Shown: one piece after another, positions 1 to 15,270 of the stretch | How the letters are laid out: each line of letters starts with the position of its first letter | How positions within the stretch are numbered: position 1 is the first letter of the stretch | Source: the human T2T-CHM13v2.0 reference genome, Homo sapiens | Length of the DNA stretch: 64,000 nucleotides | Reading direction: 5' to 3' (one strand) | NCBI RefSeq assembly: GCF_009914755.1 | Contig: NC_060938.1 | The notes under the pieces: model-generated | The model's input: only the letters and a program-made list of their open reading frames with translations | Told to the model about the DNA's origin: nothing | Database searches by the model: none | Made by a program: the position numbers and the translations under genes

Positions 1-739
<739 letters not shown>

Positions 740-1376
740 CTAGCACATGATAAGTACCCGTCAAGGAGGAGGATGCACTGCCTTCCTCTAGTCAAGGCTG
801 AGCATGTGACCCAGCCAGGCAGTTAGAACCCTTCCTCCCTGATATTTCAGTCTAGCCTGGAGAGACCTAGGGATGAAGGAAAAAGAAACTCAAACTTAAA
901 CACAGTCACTCACACGATTCCCTGCCCACTCACGCCGGATTAGATGTGTTCAGTACTGAGGACCAGATGAAACATCCATTTACTTTCCTTTCCCAGGCCC
1001 CAAGGGCCACCCAGGCCCTGCCCCTTCCAAGTCTGGGCTTTGTGCCTTCGGTCATTTGCCTCTCCCACTTCCTGTTGTCCATTCCCTTTTTGCTTAAGTT
1101 ACTCAGTTAACTTTTTGCTTAAGTTACTTAAGTTAGTTTTTGTTGCTTTTGAACAAAGAACCTGAGGGAGACATCTGGTAAATGATTTTTATAACAATTG
1201 GAGTTGGAAAAGATTTGGGAGACTAAGAGAACTGTCCAGAGCCCAGACCCAGGCGGAGAAATGCTGGCCCTGGGGCGGAGAGCACAGAGAACAGAAGCAG
1301 TACTGCTCCCACTGTGCAGAGCACAGAAACCTATCTTTGTTGTCTTGGTTGGATGAACAGAGATCTTAATATCTCC

Positions 1377-1585
1377 TTTTTTTTTTTCTTTCCAGGGTCT
1401 TGCTTTGTTACTTAGGCTGGAGTGCAGTGGTGTGATCATGGCTCACTGCAGCCTCAACCTCCTGGGCTCAAGTTATCCTCCCACTTTAGCCTCCCAAGAA
1501 GCTGAGCCTGTAAGTGTGTGCCACCACACCTGGCTAATTTTTGTGTTTTTTGTAGAGACGGAGTTTGGCCATGTTGCTCAGGCTT
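1377..1585 (-). mobile_element. 5'-truncated AluJ
   Basis: Alu right arm plus part of left arm, flanked by TSD TTAATATCTC. Confidence 0.85.
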
Positions 1586-1596
1586 TAATATCTCTT

Positions 1597-2322
<726 letters not shown>

Positions 2323-2524
2323 CCCTTCCTTGCTCTTCACTGATGTTTAATAACTCACTGCTCAGGGTAGGCCTGTGGACAAATTCAGTTTCACAGGTCA
2401 CTCATTCTGCCAGGCCCACGCGCCCCAAAGGCCTGATGGATGGCAGGAGTGAGCACACACAGCCCCTCAAACTGAACTTTGTACAACCTGCCCTCTCACC
2501 CCGCAGATCATCTGGATTAAATTT

Positions 2525-2822
2525 TCTTTTTTCTTTTTTTGAGACAGAGTCTTGCTCTGTTGCTCAGGCTGGAGTGCAGTGGCTCGATCTCGGCTCACTG
2601 CAAACTCTGCCTCCTGGGTTCAAGCAATTCTCTGCCTCAGCCTCCTGAGTAGCTGGGATTACAAGCACCCGCCACCACACCTGGCTAATTTTTTTTGTAT
2701 TTTTAGTAGAGACTGGGTTTCACCATCTTGGCCAGTCTGGTCTTGAACTCCTGACCTGGTGATCCACCTGCCTCGGCCTCCCAAAGTACTGGGATTACAG
2801 GCATGAGCCACCGTGCCCGGCC
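2525..2822 (-). mobile_element. AluS
   Basis: Full reverse Alu dimer. Confidence 0.92.
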
Positions 2823-3053
2823 ATCTGGGTTAAAATTTTAATCCTTGGGCAGCCTCCTCTCACCCTTCAGTGTGCTTAGAGTGCACTGTCTCCCTTATGA
2901 GTTGTTTAGGGAATGTTTCTAGCCTGAGTGGAATCACGGCAGGCGAATCTGCGGTGTGAGGCTCTGACTGTGGCTCTGCTCCTCTCCTCCAGGTTATGCA
3001 ACCAAGGATGGGCTGCTATTTGCTGGTGGGACTAGGCTTGTACTTAGGTTGCA

Positions 3054-3345
3054 CTTTTTTTGAGAGACAGGGTCTCGCTCTGTCACCCAGGCTGGAGTGC
3101 TGTGGCGCGAACTTGGCTCACTGCAACCTCTGCCTCCCAGGTTCAAGCGATTCCCCTGCCTCAGCCTCCCGAGGATCTGGGATTATAGCTGCGTGCCACC
3201 GTGCCAGGCTGATTTTTGTATTTTTAGTAGAGACGGGGTTTCACCATGTTGGCCAGGCTGGTCTCAAACTCCTGAGCTCAAGTGGTCCACCCGCCTTGGC
3301 CTCCCAAAGTGCTGGGATTACAGGCATGAGCCACCACACCCAGCC
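3054..3345 (-). mobile_element. AluS
   Basis: Full reverse Alu dimer. Confidence 0.9.
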
Positions 3346-3470
3346 TATGCTGTCCTTTAAAAAATCATTATGAAATATTTCATACATGCAAAGGGCATAA
3401 GGATACTATCATGAACACCTGCATGCTACCACTATGCTGAACAAATCAAGCATTAGAAATGCAGTTGGTG

Positions 3471-3873
<403 letters not shown>

Positions 3874-3989
3874 TCAAGGTGGGCCAAGATTATACATGGC
3901 TTCCATGTCTGATCAGATAAGACACCGGAGAGTTGCTAGGTTTTTCAAATTGCTAGCAATTACTATCCCTATCACCATGCTTTTTTTAA

Positions 3990-4297
<308 letters not shown>

Positions 4298-4754
4298 ATC
4301 ACCATGCTTTTCTGCATCCAAAATAGGTCACCTGCAGCAACGTGGGAAGCCTTGTACATTGAGCTGAGGATTTTTTCAGTCTACTGCACCTCCTTCTCGT
4401 CCTAATAATAACCACACTGTAGAGGTGGGGGGAGCTCTTGAGGCCCAAATTGTGAAGTACTGCCCAGGCCTGCGCCTTCCCCTCTGCCCACATCTCATGC
4501 AGGGCCACCATGCCTGACGTCTGCAGCACATGCTGACGCTTCCTGTTCTAGGCTGCCTTTCAAAGCTTTGTTGCGTACAACTGGCTTTACACCCTCCCAC
4601 AGTCTTGGCAGCCTATTAATAACTACTATGCTTTTGGAGCATCCCAACTCTATAGACACTTTCTTTAGACTCTACAGTATAAAGAATTACCCCAGAGAAT
4701 GTTCCAGTCTTCTGCAGCCTTAGGAACTGTTACAGAGAAAAACTGACTGAAGGA

Positions 4755-4840
4755 TAACATTACCCCTGTTTTACAGATAAGGACACTGAGGACCAGAGAG
4801 GTCTGATGCTCTAATGATTGGCACTCAGGCAGCACTGAGA
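4755..4840. mobile_element. MIR fragment
   Basis: MIR core 'ccctgttttacagataaggacactgagg'. Confidence 0.65.
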
Positions 4841-5040
4841 GGTGGGAGCAGACCTGCTGAGCAGGTGGGACTTTGAGGCAGAGGCTTCCCCTGGGTCTTC
4901 CTTCCACCACAGGCTGCTTCTGGCTTCTGGCCAGGCTGGTCTATCTACTATTTTGGTTGTTTTTTAGCCACTTGTACTTGAACCAATGGAGGGACCCAGG
5001 GTGACCTTAATCTGTTTCCTGTGAGTTTTTCTAATTTTAA

Positions 5041-5912
<872 letters not shown>

Positions 5913-6353
5913 TGATAATACAAGTCGGATAGAATCAACACTGATATTTACTAAAACACCCAGGGGTGCTTTATATACATTATTTTTACAAAAATGAGAT
6001 TCTTGACTCAATCTGAGTATGTGGCTCACCATCCTTTGCCACATCCTGCAGAGAAAGTCCACATGCAGATGGGGTAGCAGCCAGCCAGAGCTATCCCTGT
6101 GGTGATCAGTGGTCCAAGGCTAGCCCCTCCCCCCACACCTCTACATGGTAGCTTAGTCCACTGCATTTGATGGCCTCTGGTTTTACCCTGGGGATTACTT
6201 CTTCTCTGTCTTATAAATAGCCAAACATTTGCCCTGGTTAGCTGGTAATCCGTGGGGCTGACTCTGAGATGTCAGCATTACACCCACCTGAGTTTAAGCT
6301 CAGCACAGGACACAACACAGCATAGGTGACCAAAGTTAAAGAAACACAAAATG

Positions 6354-6635
6354 GGCCAGACGAAGTGGCTCACCTGTATTCCCAGCAATTTGGGAGGCTG
6401 AGGCAGAAGGATCACTTGAGCCCAGGAGTTTGAGATCAGCCTAGAAAACATGGTGAGACCTTGTCGCTACAAAAAAATAAAAAATAAAAAAAATTAGCCA
6501 GGTGTGGTGGCACACGCCTATGGTCCCAGTTACTCAGGAAGCTAAGGCAAGAGATCGCTTGAGCCCAGGAGTTCAAGGCTGCGGTGAGCCATGATTGTGC
6601 CACTGTACTCCAGCTTGGGTGACAAAATGAGACCC
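6354..6635 (+). mobile_element. AluJ without tail
   Basis: AluJ diagnostics 'gaggatcacttgagcccaggag'. Confidence 0.88.
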
Positions 6636-6874
6636 ATGATCTCGGCTCATGGCAACCTCCGACTCCTGGGTTCAAGTGATTCTCCTGTCTCAGCCTCCCG
6701 AGTAGCTGGGATTACAGGTGTGCACCACCACGCCCAGCTAATTTTTGTATTTTTAGTAGAGAAGGGGTTTCACCTTGTTGGCCAGGCTGGTCTCGAACTC
6801 CTGAGCTCAAGTTATCCACCCGCCTCAGCCTTCCAAAGTGCCAGGATTACAGGTGTGAGCCACCACACCCGGCC
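6636..6874 (-). mobile_element. AluS lacking its 3' end and tail
   Basis: Reverse Alu beginning at 'atgatctcggctca', directly abutting the forward AluJ. Confidence 0.88.
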
Positions 6875-6972
6875 TACTGTGTCATTTTATGTCAGGGACT
6901 TGAGCATCCTCGGATTTTGGTGTCCTCAGATCTTGGTGTGCTGGAGCCCATGGATCCTGAGAGACAACTGTA
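6875..6972. mobile_element. MER2-like (TcMar-Tigger) terminal fragment
   Basis: 'cattttatgtcagggacttgagcatcctcggattttgg...gagacaactgta' resembles the MER2 end. Confidence 0.7.
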
Positions 6973-7459
6973 TTTTCATCACCTCCAGAAGAAACCCTGT
7001 GTCCTTTAGCTATCCTCCCATAGTCTCCCAAACTTCCCAGTCCTAGACAACCATGAATCTAGTTTCTGTCTTGGCCTGGGAACAACGGCATGTTTCCCTG
7101 AGTGACGCCTCAGCTTTAGGACTGAGTGCTTGGTGCAAGGGTCCACAGTAGCCTCTGGTCTCCCTGGTTTGCCTCTCCCAGCACGGAAACTCTGCCTCAG
7201 GAGCCAGGACAGGCCATCAGGGTGCCAGTATTCACATCCCAGGATGGGGCCCGGGTAGGGCCTCCATCCCACGAGGGGGCAGGAGGATGAAGAGAGCCCC
7301 CAACTCTCGCCTGTCCCTGCCCAGAACTTAGCCTCAGCAACAGGAACTGGGGGCAGGAGGAGAAATGCTGGCATGCTGCTTCTCTTGGGAAGGCAGCCCT
7401 CCCACTGGGTGCTGGGGAAGACAGAGCCCTGCGCCCTTGGCTGCTCCGTTCTGGAGTGG

Positions 7460-7860
7460 AGTTTCTGTCTTGCTGCGCTGGAGGTCAGAAGTCCAAAAAT
7501 CAGTCTCATTGGTCAAAGTCAAGGCGTCAGCAGGGCTGGCTCTTCTTGGAAGGGCTTGGGGAGAATCCATTTCCTTGTCCTTTCCAGCTTCCACAGACCA
7601 GCTATGTCCTAGATTCATGCTCCTTCCTGCACCCTCATGGCCAGTGGTGTGGCATCTCCTCTCCTCTCTGAGCTCCCGCTTCCCTCTTAGAAAGACCTTT
7701 GTGATGACATTGGGCCCATCCAGATTGGCCAGGGTCATCTCCCCAACTCCAGATCCTTACCTTAATCCCATCTGCAAGGTTCCTTTCGCCACGTAAGCTA
7801 ACATAGCCACAGGTTCTGGGGATTAGGACATGGATGTCTTTGAGGGGGACCATTATTCTG
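7460..7860 (-). mobile_element. MLT1C/D-type MaLR LTR
   Basis: 'ctggaggtcagaagtccaaaatcagtctc...ggagaatccatttccttg...gggattaggacatggatgtctttgagggggaccattattctg'. Confidence 0.8.
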
Positions 7861-8079
7861 GTGGAAAGTAGGAGAGAAACAAAGTGGTAGCCTCCAGCTG
7901 AGAGGCAGATGAGTCTAATTCCCATCTTGGCTCATCCGCGGACCCAGCCAGGAGCAGCACAGGATGTTTCCTGTCCTGTGGGACTGCCTCTCCCCAAAAC
8001 CCCCTCACCACCCTGTTGGAGTTCCACCTTCACCCATGCTGTCAGCAGAGACTCTTGCTTTGGGTCTCCCCGAGCCTGG

Positions 8080-8250
8080 ATAACAATAACTCCTATTTAT
8101 GAACACCTACTGTGTGCCAGATATGGTTGGGCTAGAAGGTTTCCAACACTGTCTTGAAGCCACGTAAGTACTCTTCAAGAAGACAGTATTGTTCTCATTT
8201 TAGAGAAGAAGAATCCAAGGATTAGGAGTGTGACTCGCCTACCTCATGTG
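8080..8250. mobile_element. MIR
   Basis: 'atttatgaacacctactgtgtgccag...attgttctcattttagag'. Confidence 0.6.
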
Positions 8251-8277
8251 GTCAGAAAAAATGGATGAGTAAGGATC

Positions 8278-8808
8278 TGTGGTGGTTTAAAAACATGTCC
8301 ACAGATTTTTTGGTGCTCCACCCTTCCACAGACCAAGCCTCATTCTCCTGCTCCCAAGGGTGGTTGTAACTGGTCGTTGGCTTCTAGAGAATGTAGAGAT
8401 GAGTGCAGAATCTGGCAGAGATGACGGCCTGTGGCATCTGAGAGTAAGACATCAAAGGAACTGTAGCTCCCTCCTTGTCTTCTCTCTCAGATCATCAGCC
8501 TGGGGGAGCCGAGTGCCCTATTGCAAGGGCACTCACACAGCCCTGTGGAGAAGCCCACCTTGCAAGCTTCCTGCCATGTGAGCCAAGTTGGAAGCGGATC
8601 TGCCAGCCCCAGTCAAGCCTTCCAGTGATGGCAACCTTGGCCAACATCCTCACCTTGACTGCAACCCATGAGAGCCTCTGAGCCAGAACCATCCAGCTAG
8701 GCTGCTTCCGAATTCATGACCTACCAGAACTGTGAAATACTGAATGGTTATGGTTTTAAGCCACTATTTTGGGGGTTATCTGTTGTGCAGCAATAGATAG
8801 GTAATATA
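8278..8808 (+). mobile_element. MLT1F/G-type MaLR LTR
   Basis: Starts TGTGGTGGTTTAAAAACATGTCCACA and ends 'ttttaagccact...gcagcaatagataggtaatata'. Confidence 0.78.
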
Positions 8809-9399
8809 GCATCTGAGTCTGTGCTTATTCTGCCAACAGATGCCACCTCCAAAACGATCAAGTTAGGTCATGATGTCTTTGGAAGGCTGGGAGAAGCTGA
8901 CGTGGAGGGATAGAAGGTGGGAGAGTTTCTGAGGATAAAGAGTGAAGGACAAGTGGCTCAGGGAGTGGGGGCAGGAGGGTGGGCTGAGGAATGACTGGGC
9001 CCCAGAAGACTGGGTGGGTGGCAGCCAAGGGGACTGAGGAATCAGCTACCAAGAACCGTGGGAATGGAGACCTAGGCGTGCCCTCCCTCAATCATCTGCT
9101 CCGGGGCTCATTTTCTGGAACCCTCGAAGGATGGGGGCTTGATGAAGGGAGGCATGAATGGGTCCTAGGGGAAAAGACCTTTCAGAACACTAAATGGGCG
9201 AGTGGCTTCCTTCTCCTTTTAAGCCGTCCTTCAGGGCAGTTCAGAAAACGCTGCATTCAGTTATCCACACACGGTTTTCATTCAAGCATAAGTTAATGTG
9301 AGTCTTCTAAGATGTAAATTCACTGATACAGATTGTTGTGCTTCTTTAACACTCTCACTTATTTCCAAGATCCAACATACCTACCCCCACGCCCCGAAA

Positions 9400-9503
9400 A
9401 GCAAACAAACAAACAAACAAACAAACCACAAGTCCAAGTCAGATATCAGGCATTTGTACATTGACAGGTTTATTCTTAAAGCTTGAACAAATACATCTTT
9501 ACA
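9400..9503 (-). terminator. Distal polyadenylation site
   Basis: Minus-strand AATAAA at 9469-9474, upstream UGUA motifs (~9492-9503), downstream GU-rich (TTTG)n at ~9402-9426. Confidence 0.75.
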
Positions 9504-11496
9504 CACACACAAGTTGGTAAAAAGTAAGCCCTTACTGCTTTGTTAAAAATAAAACCCATACATAAAGCTTTCCGGTCAAATTCCCGAAACATGAAAACAT
9601 CACATTTCTACAATACATCTGCTTTTTTGATTCATGTGTGTTTTCAACACAGCTCAACAACTCATTCCGATCTACCCAAACAAAGAGAAAACTAACTTCC
9701 AGACCATGAAGGAAAAAAAAATACATGCCTCTTATAACTGTTAAAGACAAGTAGCTATAGAATTCTGAAAATTCTCAATAAATAGTTACTAGTATAAAAA
9801 TGCTTAACTCCATATAGCTCACCTTTAATCAAAGGCAGTACCAGTTATCGCTATAATAAAGCACTCAAAGAACATCGAAATAACTTCATATCTATAGCAA
9901 CGAAGGGAACATGGAACATTAGCCCTCCTAAACAATTCCAGAAGAGGGAAGTTCATTATGAATTAATACTTGGAAGATTCTAGCCCAGCTAGAATAGATT
10001 TTAAAAAACTACAATAAAGTATATAAATATGAAATTCAGAAAAGCAGATAAAGAAAAGCTGTCACTTAATAACACAGGTGGCAGCAACCAAAAATATCAT
10101 TCCCTCTGGGGGGAATTAATGCTAGATTAATGTGAATAAAATAAAGGAAAATGACATAAAATGAAGATACAAAATAAAATTGATCCTTGATGTGAGAATA
10201 ACTGTATTCCTTGCATGTTCAGAATGTCCTTATGTTCTTCTAGAGAGACTTAGAAAAAAAAAGCCATGCAAATAAAAATCTCATTACATGCCAGCTGAGT
10301 GACTTGCAAAGGTTTGCCCCAGAAGGGCTTTTTAAAGAGGCTAAAGACATTCTAATTGCCATCCAAATTGATGTTTACACCAAAATAAGAAGAAATCATC
10401 TACTCCCAAAGCAAATCCTATCTATGGACTTCATAGAATCCCTTATACTTTGTAACATTTTCTGCTTCCTTCTTAAAAACCTAGGGGGAAGGTGAGCTCC
10501 TGGGACATAAATACGCAGGGAAAGAACCTCATTAAGCCAGGCAGAGGATGGCAAAGATCAACAAAAGAAAAGAGTCCACCGCACTCCAGCCTGGGCAACA
10601 GAGCAAGGCCGCATCTCTAAAAAGTAATAATAAATAAAAGGAAAAAGATGCAAGCAAATTTCTGCAAATAGAAGCGTTCACCCCACAGATGAGAAAAGGG
10701 GACTCAGTCGTAACCAGGAGAGCCCGCGCAGGCACCTTGGTGGTCTGAATCTAATAGATGCCACTCTCAAATTCTGAGGAGGATGAATTAGCTACTGCTT
10801 ATCAGGCAACTAACAGAGCCGGCAACAGAAAGGTTACAAGGCCACCTTCGCAACCAGCCCTTTGAAACTGGAAACAAAGTTTTGGCCAGAGATGAACACG
10901 CACCCATATGTCTGAAGACAAAAGTTTTTTAAGAGGGCACGGACTCCGGATCTTTTATCTTATGAATAGATCCACTTTGGTTGGTAATTCTTCTGCCTGA
11001 CAGGCTGCCTTGGGCTACTACACAGCTGATATGAGTGGACAGCAAAGAGCTGTGTAAACCTGTCTAAAACAGTGCACTTGGTGGCTACATACGGCTAATC
11101 GCTGCTAGTGTTTAGAGTCTGTGGCTGACTCATCTCAGTACGGTGACCTGGACTGCAGCAAGATCGGGCACAGCTTCCCTTAGGTGGGAGAAAGAAGGAA
11201 TACCATGGAGGTGTGTGTGGATGTGTACGCACACAGGAGAGAGTCGGGGCTGGTGGGGAGGCAGAGAGAGAGAAAGGAAAGGCCAAAAGGAAAGTTAAAG
11301 GGATTTACTTTATTGATGCTAATGTAGGGGTCAGCTAACAGTAACAAGCTACTACTATTATTTCCCAAAGATGGAACAAAGGGTGACGTTACCCGTTGAT
11401 GCTAGATGATGTCCTCAAACCTGACGTAGTAAAGGAAAATCAACACATTGTCTCACAGCTTTCTTACCTGGCAGCTGGCACCACATTAGAATCTCC

Positions 11497-11610
11497 ATGG
11501 CCGTGCATGGTGGCTCATGCCTGTAATCCCATCACTTTGGGAGGCCCAGGTGGCAGGATCGCTTGAGCCCAGCCTGGGCAACACTGTGAGACCCCACCTA
11601 TATTTAAAAC
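11497..11610 (+). mobile_element. FLAM / Alu left-monomer fragment
   Basis: Left-arm consensus with an internal deletion. Confidence 0.75.
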
Positions 11611-12613
11611 AAAGGAATCCCCAGTCTCTTTGAAGTATGTGCCTTAGAAGGAAAGTTTCAGGACACTCTGGCACTTTTTTTCTAGTCTGGGAAGGGATCT
11701 GTGGGCTTTCTACAAGGGAGCAAACAACCTCAATTCTTTCCTCTGGGATCCCGTCAGCTTCTCCTTCCCCAGAGGTCCTGACATTGCTTACCAGCCATTG
11801 ACCTGAAATGAACTGCTTCAACGTGTTCTGAAGGACCTTTAAATAAGAGATGGTAATAAATCCAGCTGCTACAGAATGACAAGAAGAACAGTCATGATTG
11901 TAGTCAATTTTAAAAATAGACATCCTTTCCCTTCTTGCTCCCTCCCATAAATACTAAATGGAAGAAGACACAAATAGAAAGAGAAGAAAGTATTTTTAAT
12001 CTATTAAGAAAATGAAGAAAACAACCTAATCAATGTGGGAAACCATACAAAAAAAAAAAAAAAAACAGAAAATATTACATAACCAGGCCTTTTAAATAAG
12101 GATGGAATTCAATAAAAAACTTAAAATGCTTACATCTTCTGAAATAACCCATGATTAGCTCCAAGTTTTAGAAAGTTCTTGAACAAAAGGTACACATCAA
12201 AGTAGTGAGGTAGCAGCCCCCACTTTCCCAAAAAGTTTTCAGGAAAAGGCTGCACAAGCACCTGTTGGTGAGGTCACCAGGAAGGAATCTGCTTCCGGCA
12301 GGAAATTGCACTGGGTGAGCTCTAAGGCTCCTAAACTCTAAGATTCTCGTATGTGCTGAAAACACTGCTATGACGACAGTTTGATCTGATCATCTATGCA
12401 TTCCTCTGAAATAAATGAAGTCAATTCAAATAAGACATTCTACAAATTAGCCAAGCACAATGATATATTTTAAACCCACACTCAGACCGACAGTGTACAC
12501 CATAAATTTGTACTAGAACAATACCCATAAATATAAAAAATCTACTTAATTTTATACTTTGTTAGTTCCTACTTCAAAATGCTAGTCAATATTCACTACA
12601 GAGAAGTGGGTAA

Positions 12614-12922
<309 letters not shown>

Positions 12923-13039
12923 GGTAAAGATACTTTTAAAATTAAATTGCTATATAACAGAAAGTCTTCATTATTAAATATCATTCTACCCATCTTTGGA
13001 ATCAGTGTACCTTATGGATTTTTTTAATCCTCTTTAATC

Positions 13040-13165
13040 GATCCCTCAGTATGCTGGTGAGACAGGGAGGCACAGGTTAACCCCATTTTACAGATGAAGA
13101 AATGGAGGCAAAGGGAGGCTGAGTGATTTGCTCAGGGTCACCAAGTCTGCAGCTAAGCTGGAAAT
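13040..13165. mobile_element. MIR
   Basis: 'ccccattttacagatgaagaaatggaggc...gatttgctcagggtcac'. Confidence 0.75.
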
Positions 13166-13479
13166 AAAGTACCAAACTGCCTTTTCCACAAAATCCTCAG
13201 TAATACTCAGAGAGAGTGTCATATCTAGTACATTTTACTCTTCACTTAAAACCAAGGGTTCAGGGAAAAAGGAAGGAATTAAGTGAGCTCTTTGGGTAAC
13301 CTTGTTTTCTTCTAGAGGATGAAGGTATTTCTCTTTAGATACTGGTAGATATCATTAGTAAAAACTGAATGGTTTTTACTAATAAAGCTGGGCACAGGCC
13401 AAGGCAGACATGAATGACAGGCTTTATCTTTCATGGCTCAGTTCTCACAAGAGGCTCACTGTACAAGGTCCAACTTTGC

Positions 13480-13526
13480 ATCTAACTTCAACACACAGCC
13501 TTCCCAATCATCTCACAGCGTTTATT
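13480..13526 (-). terminator. Candidate intermediate poly(A) signal
   Basis: AATAAA at 13521-13526 followed on the minus strand by GU-rich ...ggctgtgtgttg. Confidence 0.4.
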
Positions 13527-13667
13527 TGAACAAAAAAGACAGAATTTAATATATTCGTTGATCTAAAGAAATAAACAGTATTATTCAGTAATAGTCCTAG
13601 TATATAAAAACGTGGCATTCATCTACAGCAAAGACAAATTATCGGTATCTTTTCTTTAAAAAATCAC

Positions 13668-13930
13668 TTTTTTTTTTTTTTTTTTTTTTTTAAGACGGAG
13701 TCTCGCTCTGTCGCCCAGGCTGGAGTGCAGTGGTGTGGTGCGATCTTGGCTCACTGCAAGTTCTGCTTCCCGGGTTCACGCCATTCTCCTGCCTCAGCCT
13801 CCCAAGTACCTGGGACTACAGGTGCCCACCACCATGCCTGGCTAATTTTTTGTATTTTTATTAGAGACGGGGTTTCACCATGTTAGCCAGGATGGTCTCG
13901 ACCTCGTGATCTGCCCGCCTCGGCCTCCCA
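13668..13930 (-). mobile_element. AluY, 5'-truncated
   Basis: Reverse Alu with Y diagnostics ending at 'cggcctccca'. Confidence 0.9.
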
Positions 13931-14256
13931 ACACTTTTGTTTAAAAAATGGAAATTTCTTCTAAAATGGTTTTTCAAAGCTATGGCTCATAAGGAAATAA
14001 CTAATTGTCAATGTCTAAATACCTTAAAAAGAAGCATATATGTAAGTATTAGTCCAATCATGTGAAACCCAATAAAACAAGATTTGATTTGAAAACATTT
14101 TCAATGAAAAGTGCAAAGGTTAAGGGAAAAACAGCATCTGATATGTGCACCCTATTGTAAAGAATTGGTATTTAATGCTGCAATGGAGTACTAACCACTA
14201 ATTTCCAGTTTGCCACATGAAAGGCATACTTCCAACTTTTATTTTATCCACATTAA

Positions 14257-14613
<357 letters not shown>

Positions 14614-15127
14614 CTGGGAGAAACATTTTTAAGTGTGCAAAGCAGTCACAATGAAAAAAGCCCCGGATGTTAGCAAAAAGAGTGAATGTGTTTGCCGTTC
14701 TATAAATAAAATGAGTTCACTATAAAAAAAATTGTTATGATGCTTTACTTAATTTGCCCATTTCTCAACATAGGCTTTGAAAAATTCCTCTAAATGAAAC
14801 AACTTTATAAGGGATGAAGATGTCATAATGATATTTTCCACTGTAGAAACTTCTTAGGTTATCACTCAAAAAACAAAACAAAAGCCAAAACCTAGCAGAA
14901 ACAAATGACTAATCAAACTAAAATTTCAAAGAGTAGATTCATCAAACTAAGATCTCCCATTAAGACATCAACAATGAAGTGGCTAATAAAAAAGTAAGCA
15001 TCACATTTATGATGTCTAGATAAAAGTCAACCAAATAAATAAGATGCATCCCTTAAGTAACAACAATAAAAAAAAAACCCAAAAACAAAACAAAGCATCA
15101 ATGGATGTTTTAAATACCTAAAATTTA

Positions 15128-15270
15128 GGTTGGGCACAGTGGCTCACGCCTGTAATCCCAGCACTTTGGGAGGCCGAGGCAGGCAGATCATCAGGGCAGG
15201 AGTTCGAGACCAGCCTGACCAACATGGTGAAACCCCATCTCTACTAAAAATACAAAAAAAAAAAAAAAAA
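15128..15270 (+). mobile_element. AluS left arm only, with A tail
   Basis: Left monomer ending 'actaaaaatacA16', flanked by CCTAAAATTTA on both sides. Confidence 0.85.

Noticed and set aside
7006-7925. Overlapping long ORFs (167, 134, 143 aa) on both strands
   Set aside because: They lie largely in a GC-rich MLT1 LTR and its flank, with no recognisable domain or splice structure.
11381-11429. Two CRE-like TGACG half sites (near-palindrome GGGTGACGTTACCC), tempting as CREB/MSK1 feedback
   Set aside because: Neither is a full TGACGTCA and there is no CpG island; not distinguishable from chance without ChIP data.
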